The notes under the pieces: model-generated
Told to the model about the DNA's origin: nothing
Seen by the model: only the letters and a program-made list of their open reading frames with translations
The model's database searches: none
Shown: one piece after another, positions 38,643 to 47,923 of the stretch
Position numbering within the stretch: the first letter of the stretch is position 1
Layout of the letters: every line of letters starts with the position of its first letter
Virus record (IMG/VR): IMGVR_UViG_3300023178_000062
Location: 1-53,700 of that record
Length of the DNA: 53,700 nucleotides
Source of the DNA: a virus
Lineage: Duplodnaviria > Caudoviricetes
Reading direction: 5' to 3' (one strand)
Translations under genes and position numbers: made by a program

Positions 38643-38843
38643 ATGGAAACATCTAAATTGCGTGAAAATTTTGAGGCGCAACTAAAAAAAATTAATGATA
38701 CAATTCTAGGTATCGAAAGTGATCTAGAACGCGCCAAAGAGTACAAGGCGAAACTTGTAGGTGGCATGGAAACTCTAGATTTGTTGGAAGGTAAGGTTCC
38801 AGAACCTGAAGCTTCAGTGCCAGCGGCAGAAGCAGCAGAGTAA
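38643..38843 (+). CDS. Small coiled-coil protein (possible fibre chaperone)
   Basis: METSKLRENFEAQLKKINDTILGIESDLERAKEYKAKLVGGMETLDLL; the ATG at 38643, just after the upstream stop, is preferred to 38607. Confidence 0.75.
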   Translation: METSKLRENFEAQLKKINDTILGIESDLERAKEYKAKLVGGMETLDLLEGKVPEPEASVPAAEAAE

Positions 38844-38848
38844 TATCC

Positions 38849-38884
38849 ACCCTTCCTAAATAGTTTGGGAAGGGTATATTTTCT
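38849..38884 (+). terminator. Intrinsic terminator-like hairpin containing a late-promoter core
   Basis: ACCCTTCCTAAA-TAG-TTTGGGAAGGGT (12-bp stem, one G.U) followed by ATATTTTCT; CCTAAATA at 38855-38862. Confidence 0.7.
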
Positions 38885-39256
38885 ATGGCAACTGCAGTAC
38901 CAATTAATCTGACCGTAGAACAGGGAACAGATTTTAGTGTAGAGTTTAATCTCCGTGATGAGAACGGGGATTACATTGATTTGTCTTCCTATACCATTGA
39001 GGCATACTTCGCTAGAAGTTTTACCTCAAGCAAACCAAAGTATAGTTTTGATGTCTCTGGGTCTGGTGCAAATCCAACTCAGGGACTGATTGCTTTGTCT
39101 TTATCTAGAAACATCACAGTTGTAGGAACAAACCAACCATCAACAGCAAGTTTGAAGGCTGGTCGTTATGTCTACAATGTGTTCATCACATCAGGTGGGG
39201 GTTCAAAAGATAAAGTATTTGAAGGAGTTCTAACTGTTAATCCAGGAGTTCTATGA
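38885..39256 (+). CDS. Ig-like virion adaptor protein (BppU N-terminal-like)
   Basis: NLTVEQGTDF...IDLSSY...G.I.LSL....T..LKAGRYVYNV...KVFEGVLTVNPGV pattern. Confidence 0.7.
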   Translation: MATAVPINLTVEQGTDFSVEFNLRDENGDYIDLSSYTIEAYFARSFTSSKPKYSFDVSGSGANPTQGLIALSLSRNITVVGTNQPSTASLKAGRYVYNVFITSGGGSKDKVFEGVLTVNPGVL

Positions 39257-39528
39257 GTAAGTATCAAGTCACACTCAGTAGTACTAGCAAGTATAATGTA
39301 ACATTCCCTAGAACAGAAAGGAAAAAAATTGTTGAAGTTGATGATGCCCCTAGCATACTAGAAGCAAATCTAGCAAATCTAGATGATGTGGATGCAACAA
39401 ATAGAGCAGATAATTATGTTCTAATTTGGAATGCTACTACACAAAAGCACGAATATGTACCAACATTTGAAGTGGTAGATCGTGCTGATGGGGTAGATGA
39501 TGATGCTATAGACTACGGAACTTACTAA
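39253..39528 (+). CDS. Short fibre-associated protein
   Basis: LANLDDVD...DNYVLIWNATTQK fibre repeat; ends in DYGTY; ATGA coupling to the upstream gene. Confidence 0.7.
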   Translation: MSKYQVTLSSTSKYNVTFPRTERKKIVEVDDAPSILEANLANLDDVDATNRADNYVLIWNATTQKHEYVPTFEVVDRADGVDDDAIDYGTY

Positions 39529-39531
39529 ATA
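39524..39531 (+). promoter_or_regulatory. Late promoter overlapping the stop codon
   Basis: ACTAAATA upstream of the ATG at 39564. Confidence 0.55.
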
Positions 39532-39563
39532 GTACTAGAAGTATTGTCTATAGGGTCAAGTAG

Positions 39564-41195
39564 ATGGCAGCACCACGTTTACAAATTCGTAGGGGTACAG
39601 CAGCCCCATCTGGAGCAATTGGTTTGGCTGGAGAACCATTTGTAGATACAACTAATTCCAATATGTATTTCTCCACCTCCGGTACGGTGGGTTCTCAAGG
39701 AAGTGCCTTCGTTCATGTTGGCGGTGCTACTTATACTGCAAGAACGGATGAATTTTTAACTGCTTCAGTAGCATCCACTTCTGTTGGTAGTGTTACAATC
39801 AAAGACGCTCAGGCGAGCCAAAATTCAGTTACTATTGATGTTCCAGCAACAGTAACTACATCATATAACTTTACTTTACCAGCTGATGATGGAACAAGTG
39901 GATTTGTTCTACAGACAGATGGTTCTGGAAATACTTCTTGGGTATCACAGACTGCTGGATATACTGGTTGGAATATTAGTGATGGATCAACAACTGAAGC
40001 AATTACATCTGGAAATACCCTAACAGTAACAGGAAGCACTGGTATTGATGCAACTGTAACTGCTACTGATACTCTTACAATTGCTATCGATTCCTCAGTA
40101 GCAACATCTTCTTCAAACTTAAGTTTCTTTGCTGCCACAACATCGGCACAACTTGCTGGCGTAATTAGTGATGAAACTGGTAGCGGTGCTCTCGTATTTG
40201 CAACAACACCAACATTAGATTCACCTTCTGTTGATGATGTTATCTTTAATGGTTCCACATCTGGTACTACTACTGTATTAGCAACAGCAGTTGCAGGTAC
40301 AACAACACTAACTCTACCAGCAGCAACTGATACTCTGGTTGGTAAAGCAACCACAGATACCTTCACTAACAAGACATTTGATGCGAACGCAACTGGCAAC
40401 AACCTCTCTAATGTAGAGGTTGATAACTTTGCTGCAGGTGCAATTACTGACTCCACTGATACTATTGCATCAAATGATAGTGATACTCAACTTCCAACAT
40501 CTGCTGCTGTTATTGATTATGTTGGATCACAAATTGGTGCAATTGACTTAACTATCACCACAGCAGAAGGTACAAATGGTACTGGTGGTGGAGGAGGTTC
40601 CGTATCAACGTCACAAACAATGACGTTTGCTGGAACTACAAATGAGATTGATGTAACAGTTGCCGGTCAAAGCATTACTTATGGTCTTCCCGATAACGTA
40701 ACTGTTACTGGTGATCTTGCCGTTAATGGCGCTGATATAACAACTACCGCTACGGGAACTGCCACTGTATTCAACACAAATGCTACAACTCTAAACATTG
40801 GTGGTGCAGCTACTGCAGTAAGTATTGGTAACTCTGCCGGTACAGTAACAATTCCAGGTAACCTGACAGTTTCTGGTACTACAACAACAGTAAATTCAAC
40901 TACCGTTACAATTGCGGATCTCAACATCACTCTTGCTAGTGGTGCTGCTGATGCTGCTGAGGCAGATGGTGCAGGTCTAACAATCGATGGTGCTAATGCC
41001 ACTTGGACATTTGAAGACAACTTTGTTGAAGGTGGCACTGAAGATGCCTGGGTAACTTCTGAGCACTTAGCAATTGCTGCTGATAAGAACTTCTATATGG
41101 ATGGTGGTGCAATTATTGTTCTTGATGATACAACAGCAACAACTACTGGTTACGTTTCAATGCTCAACACAATTATTGACGCTGGAACATATTGA
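39564..41195 (+). CDS. Tail fibre protein (543 aa) with Mtd-N-like N-terminus
   Basis: RLQIRRGT...LAGEPFVDT N-terminus; TSAQLAGVISDETGSGALVFATTPTL and GNLTVSGTTTTVNSTTVTIAD fibre motifs; ends in DAGTY. Confidence 0.8.
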   Translation: MAAPRLQIRRGTAAPSGAIGLAGEPFVDTTNSNMYFSTSGTVGSQGSAFVHVGGATYTARTDEFLTASVASTSVGSVTIKDAQASQNSVTIDVPATVTTSYNFTLPADDGTSGFVLQTDGSGNTSWVSQTAGYTGWNISDGSTTEAITSGNTLTVTGSTGIDATVTATDTLTIAIDSSVATSSSNLSFFAATTSAQLAGVISDETGSGALVFATTPTLDSPSVDDVIFNGSTSGTTTVLATAVAGTTTLTLPAATDTLVGKATTDTFTNKTFDANATGNNLSNVEVDNFAAGAITDSTDTIASNDSDTQLPTSAAVIDYVGSQIGAIDLTITTAEGTNGTGGGGGSVSTSQTMTFAGTTNEIDVTVAGQSITYGLPDNVTVTGDLAVNGADITTTATGTATVFNTNATTLNIGGAATAVSIGNSAGTVTIPGNLTVSGTTTTVNSTTVTIADLNITLASGAADAAEADGAGLTIDGANATWTFEDNFVEGGTEDAWVTSEHLAIAADKNFYMDGGAIIVLDDTTATTTGYVSMLNTIIDAGTY

Positions 41196-41201
41196 TAAAT
41201 A
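41194..41201 (+). promoter_or_regulatory. Late promoter
   Basis: GATAAATA overlapping the stop codon, upstream of the ATG at 41223. Confidence 0.65.
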
Positions 41202-41222
41202 CATTTAGTTATGATTATGTGA

Positions 41223-41435
41223 ATGGAAATTCAACTTGACGCACAGACCTTGATCTCTGTTTATCAGAGCAAGGTCTCTTCTTTAACTAATGATAACATT
41301 ATGCTTGAAGCAAAAAATCTTATTTTGACTAAAAAATTAGACGAAGCTTTAAATAAAGTTTCTGAATTGGAGTCTACTAAAACAACATCCCGTAAAAAAG
41401 CAGTAGATACTGCCAAGGATGCTGGGACATACTAA
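41223..41435 (+). CDS. Small coiled-coil protein (possible fibre chaperone)
   Basis: YQSKVSSLTNDNIMLEAKNLILTKKLDEALNKVSELE heptads; ends in DAGTY. Confidence 0.75.
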   Translation: MEIQLDAQTLISVYQSKVSSLTNDNIMLEAKNLILTKKLDEALNKVSELESTKTTSRKKAVDTAKDAGTY

Positions 41436-41453
41436 CCTACATAGGACACACCA

Positions 41454-41966
41454 ATGGCAGCACCAGTAGTACGCTTAAGGCGTTCAGCTACAGAAGGGGC
41501 AGTACCTACAACTGCTCAACTCGATTTAGGCGAGGTAGCAATTAATACTTTCGATGGGAAGATTTTTCTCAAGAAAGACCAGAGTGGAACAGAAAGTATT
41601 GTAGAAGTATTAAGTGATAGCATTACAGAGTTTAGAATTCTGGATGATATCTCTAGTGGATTCAATGGAACCACAACTAACTTCACTCTGTCTTACAATT
41701 CAGGAACCAACTTTGTTAATACAGAGATTACGACAGCAGCAAGATTGCTAATCTCTGTGGGTGGCACGATTCAGGAACCATCAGCAACTAGAGGTTTCCA
41801 ACTTTCAGGTGGTACAGATGCCACCACAGACCCCATCGTAATTTCATTTGTCACTGCTCCACAAGCAGGACAAACATTCTGGGGAATTGCTTTTGGTGCT
41901 TCTTCTGCTCCTACAACAGGTGGTATCAGTGAAGAACTAGCAATCGCTTACGCAATCGCACTTTGA
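41454..41966 (+). CDS. Tail fibre adaptor with Mtd-N-like domain
   Basis: RLRRSATEGAVPTTAQLDLGEVAINTFDGKIFLKKD; LDDISSGFNGTTTNFTL...LLISVGGTIQEP module; C-terminal LAIAYAIAL. Confidence 0.75.
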   Translation: MAAPVVRLRRSATEGAVPTTAQLDLGEVAINTFDGKIFLKKDQSGTESIVEVLSDSITEFRILDDISSGFNGTTTNFTLSYNSGTNFVNTEITTAARLLISVGGTIQEPSATRGFQLSGGTDATTDPIVISFVTAPQAGQTFWGIAFGASSAPTTGGISEELAIAYAIAL

Positions 41967-41977
41967 GGTATTAGATA

Positions 41978-44900
41978 ATGGCACAGGTAAAAGAAGAACT
42001 ATACAGATTTGTTCCAGTAGATAACTCACTGGCAGCACCCAACACGGGTAAAGGTAGTATTACAATTCCAGGTCACAGAGAGACTAGGAATGTAGTAATG
42101 ATTGTAAATGCCAGTCGTGGCGTTATTATTGCTAGTCAATTTGATCCAGCAAAAGGATGGACTAGGGAACACGGGCACGTCTATCCAGGAGACCCGGATT
42201 ATCCAGATCCTTTCTTCCCCAATGCTCTAGATGGTACTTGTAAGTATATTCTAGACTACGATACATCTGGTATGTCAAGAGACGACCAGTTATCTATTTT
42301 AATTGATGACTACACTCAAGGTGAGAAGTTCCGTCCTTGGGATTTTGGTACTGACGCAATTGAGCGTATGCGTGTATCAAACCCAGTGTCATTGATTGAT
42401 GCTGACTTTGAGTATGGTATTCAAAATACAAAATGGCAGAATCATGGATCTAATCGTAGATATCCTTCATACTATGAAGTTGCTGGACCTCCAATTACAG
42501 CATCCGCTATCACTTCTGGAGGACAAACACCATATTCAACAATCACAGTAACAGCAGCAAATAATTTTAGTGCTGGTGATGTAGTTTCAGTTACGGGAAC
42601 TACAGATACTAATGCTGATGGTTTGTTTCTAATTGAAACTGCTAGTGGTACAGCATTTACATACAAAGCAAAAGGTAGTATTACATCAGGAAGTATTTTT
42701 ACTTCTTATGCTGTGATTAAAAAGGGTGGAGTTTATACAGATTCTGCTCTTCCAGTATCAACTTTCGAATTGGGTGATGATACAGCTGGTGTCGATAGTC
42801 AGTATGTTAGGGTTACATTTTCAGAAGCACATGGATTAGTACCCGGTTCGCCAATTACTGTATTAGATTCGAATGGAACTACGGCTTGGACTGGTAACTT
42901 TTTTACCACTAGAATTAATTCACCAACACAAATTGAATATAATGCAAATGCTGCGGTAACTGGTACTCCAGGAACTATTACAATCTATGCTCGTAATGAT
43001 AGTTTCTTCATTCATAGACCTTTTGATGGTGGTGTGTTAATGGGTCCGTTGCTTCCCGTTCATGGACTAGAAGCAAAAAGGCAATCGAGACAATATTTTA
43101 GATACCAGTCTGGTAAGGGATTCTTATTTTCAACTGGTGCTTTAATGAATCCAAGTTTTGATGTAGAAAATGTAGAATACAATGAAACATATGCCAATGA
43201 AATTTTTATTGAAACTGAAGTAGATCATGCTTTACAGACGGGAGCAACAATCTTTTTAGAGGGAGTTTCTGATGATAACTACTATGGTTCTTATACAGTA
43301 AAATCAATTAAGAGTTCTAGGGGATTTACTGTAGATCCAAGTTCACCAGCACCGGCAACAACGTCTGGTGGTGCTACATTGAGTTCACAACCAAAAATTT
43401 CGGTTACTAATTGGACTGGTGCTGTTATTCGTACTGGTATGTTTGACGACCAAAATGGATTGTATTGGGAGTATGATGGACAACAACTTTATGCCGTGAA
43501 GCGTTCATCCACTTTCCAGACTGCTGGCACTGTATCTTTATCGGCTGGTTCTAAATCTGTAACAGGTAGTGGAACAAGATTTTTAGAACAATTCCAAGTA
43601 AATGATCTTGTGGTTATTCGTGGTATTTCTTATCGTGTTACTGGTATTACCTCCAACACTGCCTTAACAGTTAGTCCTGCTAATAGAGGAGCTGCTGTAA
43701 GTGGAGTAAAGATGATTAAAACTGTGGATGAAAGAGTTCCCCAAAAGAGCTTTAACTACGATACCATTAATGGTCATGGACCTTCTGGATATAACGTTCG
43801 TTTACAACGAATGCAGATGTGGGGCATTCAATTCTCCTGGTATGGTGCTGGATTTGCTGACTTTATGATTCGTGGTCCTTTAGGAAACTTTGTGAGAGCG
43901 CATAGATTTGCCAATCACAATGTTAACACAGAGGCATATTTAAGATCCGCTAACCTACCAGCTCGTTACGAAGTTGATAATTGTGCGGCATATGCTAAAG
44001 TTGTATCTGCTACTGGAACCGGAACTACAGACATCATTCTAAATAAGTACGGAAGATTTCCTGAACCTGTGCCGGGATTTCCAGCGTATGTATTATTACA
44101 GGGAGTTGAAGATGGAACTTCAACTATGAATATTGAGATTATTAGTTATACTGGAAAAAGTTCAACTAGTATTAGAGTACAGGGAACCGGATATGTAGTT
44201 GGTGAATTTGTGAATGCTGCTACTGTAAGTCAAACTGCTAGTGGAACTGGATTCCAGATTGAAGTTACTGCCGTAACTGATGTTGGTGGCATTGCTAGGT
44301 GGAGGCAAATAGTTGGTGGTACTGGATATACCGCTAATGATACTATTCTAATGGAAGCAGCAGCTGCTGGTGGAACTCAAGCACAGATTGGTGGTAATGT
44401 GACGGCATATTCACTTACCGTTGATGGTAGTGGAACCGTAACATCAGGACCTGGAAATCCATGCTTAACTGGTATAACAAGAGCACAAGATATTACTCAA
44501 TTCCTATCCGGTGCTTCACGAACATTTAGAGCACAAACTACAGCAGTTGATTTTGCTGCTGGTTCTACTGCTATGTTATTGAATACTACGTTCGCCCCAA
44601 CTATTTCACACTGGGGTTCTTCGGTAATTATGGATGGTGGATTTGAAAAAGATGATGGATTCTTGTTTAACTACGAAGCTACTTCCACATCGGTAGCTAT
44701 CAACTCTGGTGAAACTGTATTGGCATTCCGTGCTGCTCCATCAGTTTCTGATACATTAGTTGGTGATTATGGCGAAAGAGAAGTTATTAATAGAGAACAA
44801 ATTAGATTGAAAAAAATTAGTGTCACTAATATTGATGGTGTTGCTTATCAGTTCTTTGCTATTGCTAACCCATCAAACTTGGGTGCTGTTTCTTGGCAGG

Positions 44901-45223
44901 ATGCTAACGTTCAGAATATTGGTACAGTTAATCTATTCCAACCAACATTTGCTCAAGTGGCAAATAGTGGGGGATTGGTAGGAACTACAACAGACCCTGA
45001 AGATGGAGAAGTGTTGTTCCAGTTTATTGGGGCAGCAGATATTGGGTCAACAGAAGTTGAACTAGATAATTTAAAACCGATTCAAAACTCTATCATTAGT
45101 GGTCCAGCAAGTTATCCCGATGGTCCCGAAGCAATTGCTTTCTACATTAGAAACGGTGAAACTAGTGGTAACAATGCCGGTGCATTTAGAATTGTTCTAG
45201 AGTGGGAGGAGGCACAAGCATGA
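41978..45223 (+). CDS. Virion structural/tail protein (1081 aa)
   Basis: DAIERMRVSNPVSLIDADFEYG, HRPFDGGV, RQSRQYFRYQSGKG, SWYGAG, NTEAYLRSANLPARYEV, PTISHWGSSVIMDGGF and terminal LEWEEAQA, typical of a cyanophage structural family. Confidence 0.8.
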   Translation: MAQVKEELYRFVPVDNSLAAPNTGKGSITIPGHRETRNVVMIVNASRGVIIASQFDPAKGWTREHGHVYPGDPDYPDPFFPNALDGTCKYILDYDTSGMSRDDQLSILIDDYTQGEKFRPWDFGTDAIERMRVSNPVSLIDADFEYGIQNTKWQNHGSNRRYPSYYEVAGPPITASAITSGGQTPYSTITVTAANNFSAGDVVSVTGTTDTNADGLFLIETASGTAFTYKAKGSITSGSIFTSYAVIKKGGVYTDSALPVSTFELGDDTAGVDSQYVRVTFSEAHGLVPGSPITVLDSNGTTAWTGNFFTTRINSPTQIEYNANAAVTGTPGTITIYARNDSFFIHRPFDGGVLMGPLLPVHGLEAKRQSRQYFRYQSGKGFLFSTGALMNPSFDVENVEYNETYANEIFIETEVDHALQTGATIFLEGVSDDNYYGSYTVKSIKSSRGFTVDPSSPAPATTSGGATLSSQPKISVTNWTGAVIRTGMFDDQNGLYWEYDGQQLYAVKRSSTFQTAGTVSLSAGSKSVTGSGTRFLEQFQVNDLVVIRGISYRVTGITSNTALTVSPANRGAAVSGVKMIKTVDERVPQKSFNYDTINGHGPSGYNVRLQRMQMWGIQFSWYGAGFADFMIRGPLGNFVRAHRFANHNVNTEAYLRSANLPARYEVDNCAAYAKVVSATGTGTTDIILNKYGRFPEPVPGFPAYVLLQGVEDGTSTMNIEIISYTGKSSTSIRVQGTGYVVGEFVNAATVSQTASGTGFQIEVTAVTDVGGIARWRQIVGGTGYTANDTILMEAAAAGGTQAQIGGNVTAYSLTVDGSGTVTSGPGNPCLTGITRAQDITQFLSGASRTFRAQTTAVDFAAGSTAMLLNTTFAPTISHWGSSVIMDGGFEKDDGFLFNYEATSTSVAINSGETVLAFRAAPSVSDTLVGDYGEREVINREQIRLKKISVTNIDGVAYQFFAIANPSNLGAVSWQDANVQNIGTVNLFQPTFAQVANSGGLVGTTTDPEDGEVLFQFIGAADIGSTEVELDNLKPIQNSIISGPASYPDGPEAIAFYIRNGETSGNNAGAFRIVLEWEEAQA

Positions 45224-46536
45224 CATTATCAAAAGGCGAAATCCTATCTAACCCAGTTGTCACTAGTGGGTCAGCAAATACTGGTGCTTCTGTATTCTTA
45301 TCAGAAGGTACAGCAACAGGAGTATCACCGGGAGATACAGTTAGTTTAAAAGCACCCAATACATTAACTGCCAGTTGGGTGATGACACTACCCACTTCAG
45401 GTGGTACATCTGGATATGTTTTACAGACAGATGGTTCTGGAGGAACATCATGGCAACCAGTTACAGCATCACCTGCTGGTAGCACAGGACAACTTCAGTA
45501 TAATAATGGAGGAGTTCTTACTGGTACATCTGGTATTACCACTGATGGTTCTAATCTACTGATTGATAGTCAGGGTGATTTAAGAATGGGAGATGGTACA
45601 AACTATCTTGCTTTCCAAGCACCCGCTTCAATTGGTGCTGATAGAACATATACCCTACCATCTACGATTGGTTCAGCAGGAGACCAATTACTGATTGCTA
45701 GTTCTCCCACACCAACAGCAACTGCTGCTACATTAGTTTGGGGTACGGCAACAGGAACTACACAATCTCCTGGTGGTGATACCGATGGATCAGTTCAATA
45801 CAATAGTGGCACTATATTTACTGGTGAGACAGCATTCAAATACAATGATAGCACCAATACATTAACTGTAGAGAATGTAACTGGAACTGGAACATTTACT
45901 GCTGGTGCTTTGGCTGTTGATAATGTTAGTATTGATGGCAATGGTATTACAGCAACAGATACTAATGGTAATTTAGATCTATCAGCAAATGGAACTGGTA
46001 AAGTACGAGTTTTGGCAGACAGAGGACTTCATTTAGCAGATGCCGACAATAGTGCTGGTGTTACATTAAAAGCAGGGGCAACAACTACAGTTTCATATGA
46101 CCTGACATTCCCTGATTCTGTTGGTTCTGCTAATGATGTAATGAAGATTGATGCTACAGGCAATCTTGATTTTGTATCTAATACCAAGACACTTAACTTT
46201 GTAATTGGTGATGGTAGTGGAACACTTACTACGGGCATTAAAGGACACGTTGTTCTTGATGCCGATTATACATTAACAGCTCATACATTAGTTGGTTCGC
46301 TATCTGGAGCATTAACTGTTACTGTTAGTAGGACATCAGCACCAACATATCCTTTATTATCAGCACCAACATATTCAAACATTATAACATCTACATTAGC
46401 AACAAATGAATACGCAGATAAAACTGGCAGTTTATCTATTTCAATTTCTGCTGGGGATGTGTTAGAATTTAACTTAACTGCTAACGGCGGTTCTCATACA
46501 TACGCAACTATAGCACTCACATTAGTACCCGCTTAA
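45220..46536 (+). CDS. Tail fibre protein (about 438 aa)
   Basis: The ATG at 45220 overlaps the upstream TGA and follows GGAGGAGG. Three (L/F)-x-A-(P/G)...TLP/TFP fibre modules and G-x-x-QYN modules. Confidence 0.75.
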   Translation: MTLSKGEILSNPVVTSGSANTGASVFLSEGTATGVSPGDTVSLKAPNTLTASWVMTLPTSGGTSGYVLQTDGSGGTSWQPVTASPAGSTGQLQYNNGGVLTGTSGITTDGSNLLIDSQGDLRMGDGTNYLAFQAPASIGADRTYTLPSTIGSAGDQLLIASSPTPTATAATLVWGTATGTTQSPGGDTDGSVQYNSGTIFTGETAFKYNDSTNTLTVENVTGTGTFTAGALAVDNVSIDGNGITATDTNGNLDLSANGTGKVRVLADRGLHLADADNSAGVTLKAGATTTVSYDLTFPDSVGSANDVMKIDATGNLDFVSNTKTLNFVIGDGSGTLTTGIKGHVVLDADYTLTAHTLVGSLSGALTVTVSRTSAPTYPLLSAPTYSNIITSTLATNEYADKTGSLSISISAGDVLEFNLTANGGSHTYATIALTLVPA

Positions 46537-46542
46537 TAAATT

Positions 46543-47067
46543 ATGGCAACTGAAACTTTAGTACCAGATGGTACAGTATTTACATTGACACAACTTTCTG
46601 GTAATGTTGGCGATGTAGATAACACTATTGCATCTGCTGATGGTGTATTTTTGACGAACCTAGAAACCAATGGTAATACACCAACTGTTCTGGCGTCATT
46701 TCCCACAGCATCTGGAGATTTAACGACAGGAGTTAATCAGGCATTTAGAGCACGGGTTGGAAAGGATTCTACTGGAGGTAATAATCCACAATTTACAATT
46801 GCTGTAATTGACAATGGAGGCACATTAACATCATCTACATTTACGGCAACTGATACTGTTAGTGATTTTTCTCTCACTTGGGATGCTGGCAATTTTACAT
46901 TATCAGATGGTGCTGGTGCTAATTTAGAGATTCAAGTTAGTCAATCTAGTGGAGGAACTGGTAGGGGTGCTAATCGAAGATGGATTGAAGTTGACGAACT
47001 TGAATGGAACGTTGAATATGACGTAGTTGTTGGTGGTGCTGCTGTTAGTCAAGCCATACTCATATGA
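46543..47067 (+). CDS. Hypothetical beta-rich protein, probably fibre-associated
   Basis: 174-aa ORF filling the gap between the fibre gene and gp13; Thr/Gly/Asp-rich. Confidence 0.65.
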   Translation: MATETLVPDGTVFTLTQLSGNVGDVDNTIASADGVFLTNLETNGNTPTVLASFPTASGDLTTGVNQAFRARVGKDSTGGNNPQFTIAVIDNGGTLTSSTFTATDTVSDFSLTWDAGNFTLSDGAGANLEIQVSQSSGGTGRGANRRWIEVDELEWNVEYDVVVGGAAVSQAILI

Positions 47068-47073
47068 TAAATA
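47066..47073 (+). promoter_or_regulatory. Late promoter for gp13
   Basis: GATAAATA upstream of the ATG at 47095. Confidence 0.7.
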
Positions 47074-47094
47074 CTTAAAAAGTAGGTTGTAAGA

Positions 47095-47922
47095 ATGGCT
47101 CAACCATCAACTCGGGCAGAGTTCACTGACTATTGCTTAAGGAAACTTGGTGCTCCTGTATTAGAAATTAACGTAGATGACGATCAAGTTGATGACTTGA
47201 TTGATGATGCTATCCAATTCTATCAGGAGTATCATTATGATGGTGTAGAAAAGATGTATCTCAAGCATCAACTTACAGCAGATGAACTAACTAGATTTAA
47301 AAGTTCAAATCAAAATACTATTGCTGGAGATGACAATCCAGCACCAGTGACAACGGACACTTGGATTGAAAGAGATAATTATCTACAAGTACCGGACCAT
47401 GTGATTGGTATTTCTAAAGTGTGGGGACTATCTAGCAGTACAATTAGAGGTAATTTATTTGGACTTACATATAGATTATTTTTAAATGATTTGTATTCTT
47501 TTGGTTCAGTTGATTTACTGAACTATTACATGGTAAAACAATATCTAGAAACTATTGATATGGTAATCAATAGTGGTTCTCTTGTTGGATTTAGATTTAA
47601 TAAGAGACAAGATAGATTATATGTTGATATCGACCCATCATTTCTTACAGCAGATGATTTTCTTATTATTGAATGCCATCGTGCATTAGACCCAGCATCT
47701 TGGACTCAAGTATGGAATGATAGTTTCCTCAAGAAGTATGCTACTGCTCTCATCAAGAGACAGTGGGGACAGAACATGATTAAGTTCAACAACGTTCAAC
47801 TCCCAGGCGGTATCACAATGAATGGACGCCAGTTATATGAGGATGGCAACATGGAAGTGTTGGCATTAGAAGAGAAGATGATGTCACATTATCAATTACC
47901 ACCCCTAGATATGATCGGATGA
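47095..47922 (+). CDS. gp13: Neck protein gp13
   Basis: YCLRKLGAPVLEINVDDDQ and LKKYATALIKRQWGQNMIKF...LPGGITMNG motifs. Confidence 0.96.
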   Translation: MAQPSTRAEFTDYCLRKLGAPVLEINVDDDQVDDLIDDAIQFYQEYHYDGVEKMYLKHQLTADELTRFKSSNQNTIAGDDNPAPVTTDTWIERDNYLQVPDHVIGISKVWGLSSSTIRGNLFGLTYRLFLNDLYSFGSVDLLNYYMVKQYLETIDMVINSGSLVGFRFNKRQDRLYVDIDPSFLTADDFLIIECHRALDPASWTQVWNDSFLKKYATALIKRQWGQNMIKFNNVQLPGGITMNGRQLYEDGNMEVLALEEKMMSHYQLPPLDMIG

Positions 47923-47923
47923 T

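Noticed and set aside
39564-41966. Diversity-generating retroelement suggested by Mtd-N-like domains
   Set aside because: No reverse transcriptase and no template/variable repeat pair differing at adenines seen in the window.
844-47067. Stop-codon reassignment (alternative genetic code)
   Set aside because: ORFs of several kb read through under the standard code, and both breaks found are frame changes, not in-frame stops.
14572-47067. Absence of recognisable T4 gp9-gp12 and wac between gp8 and gp13
   Set aside because: Normal for cyanomyoviruses, where large lineage-specific virion genes occupy this interval.
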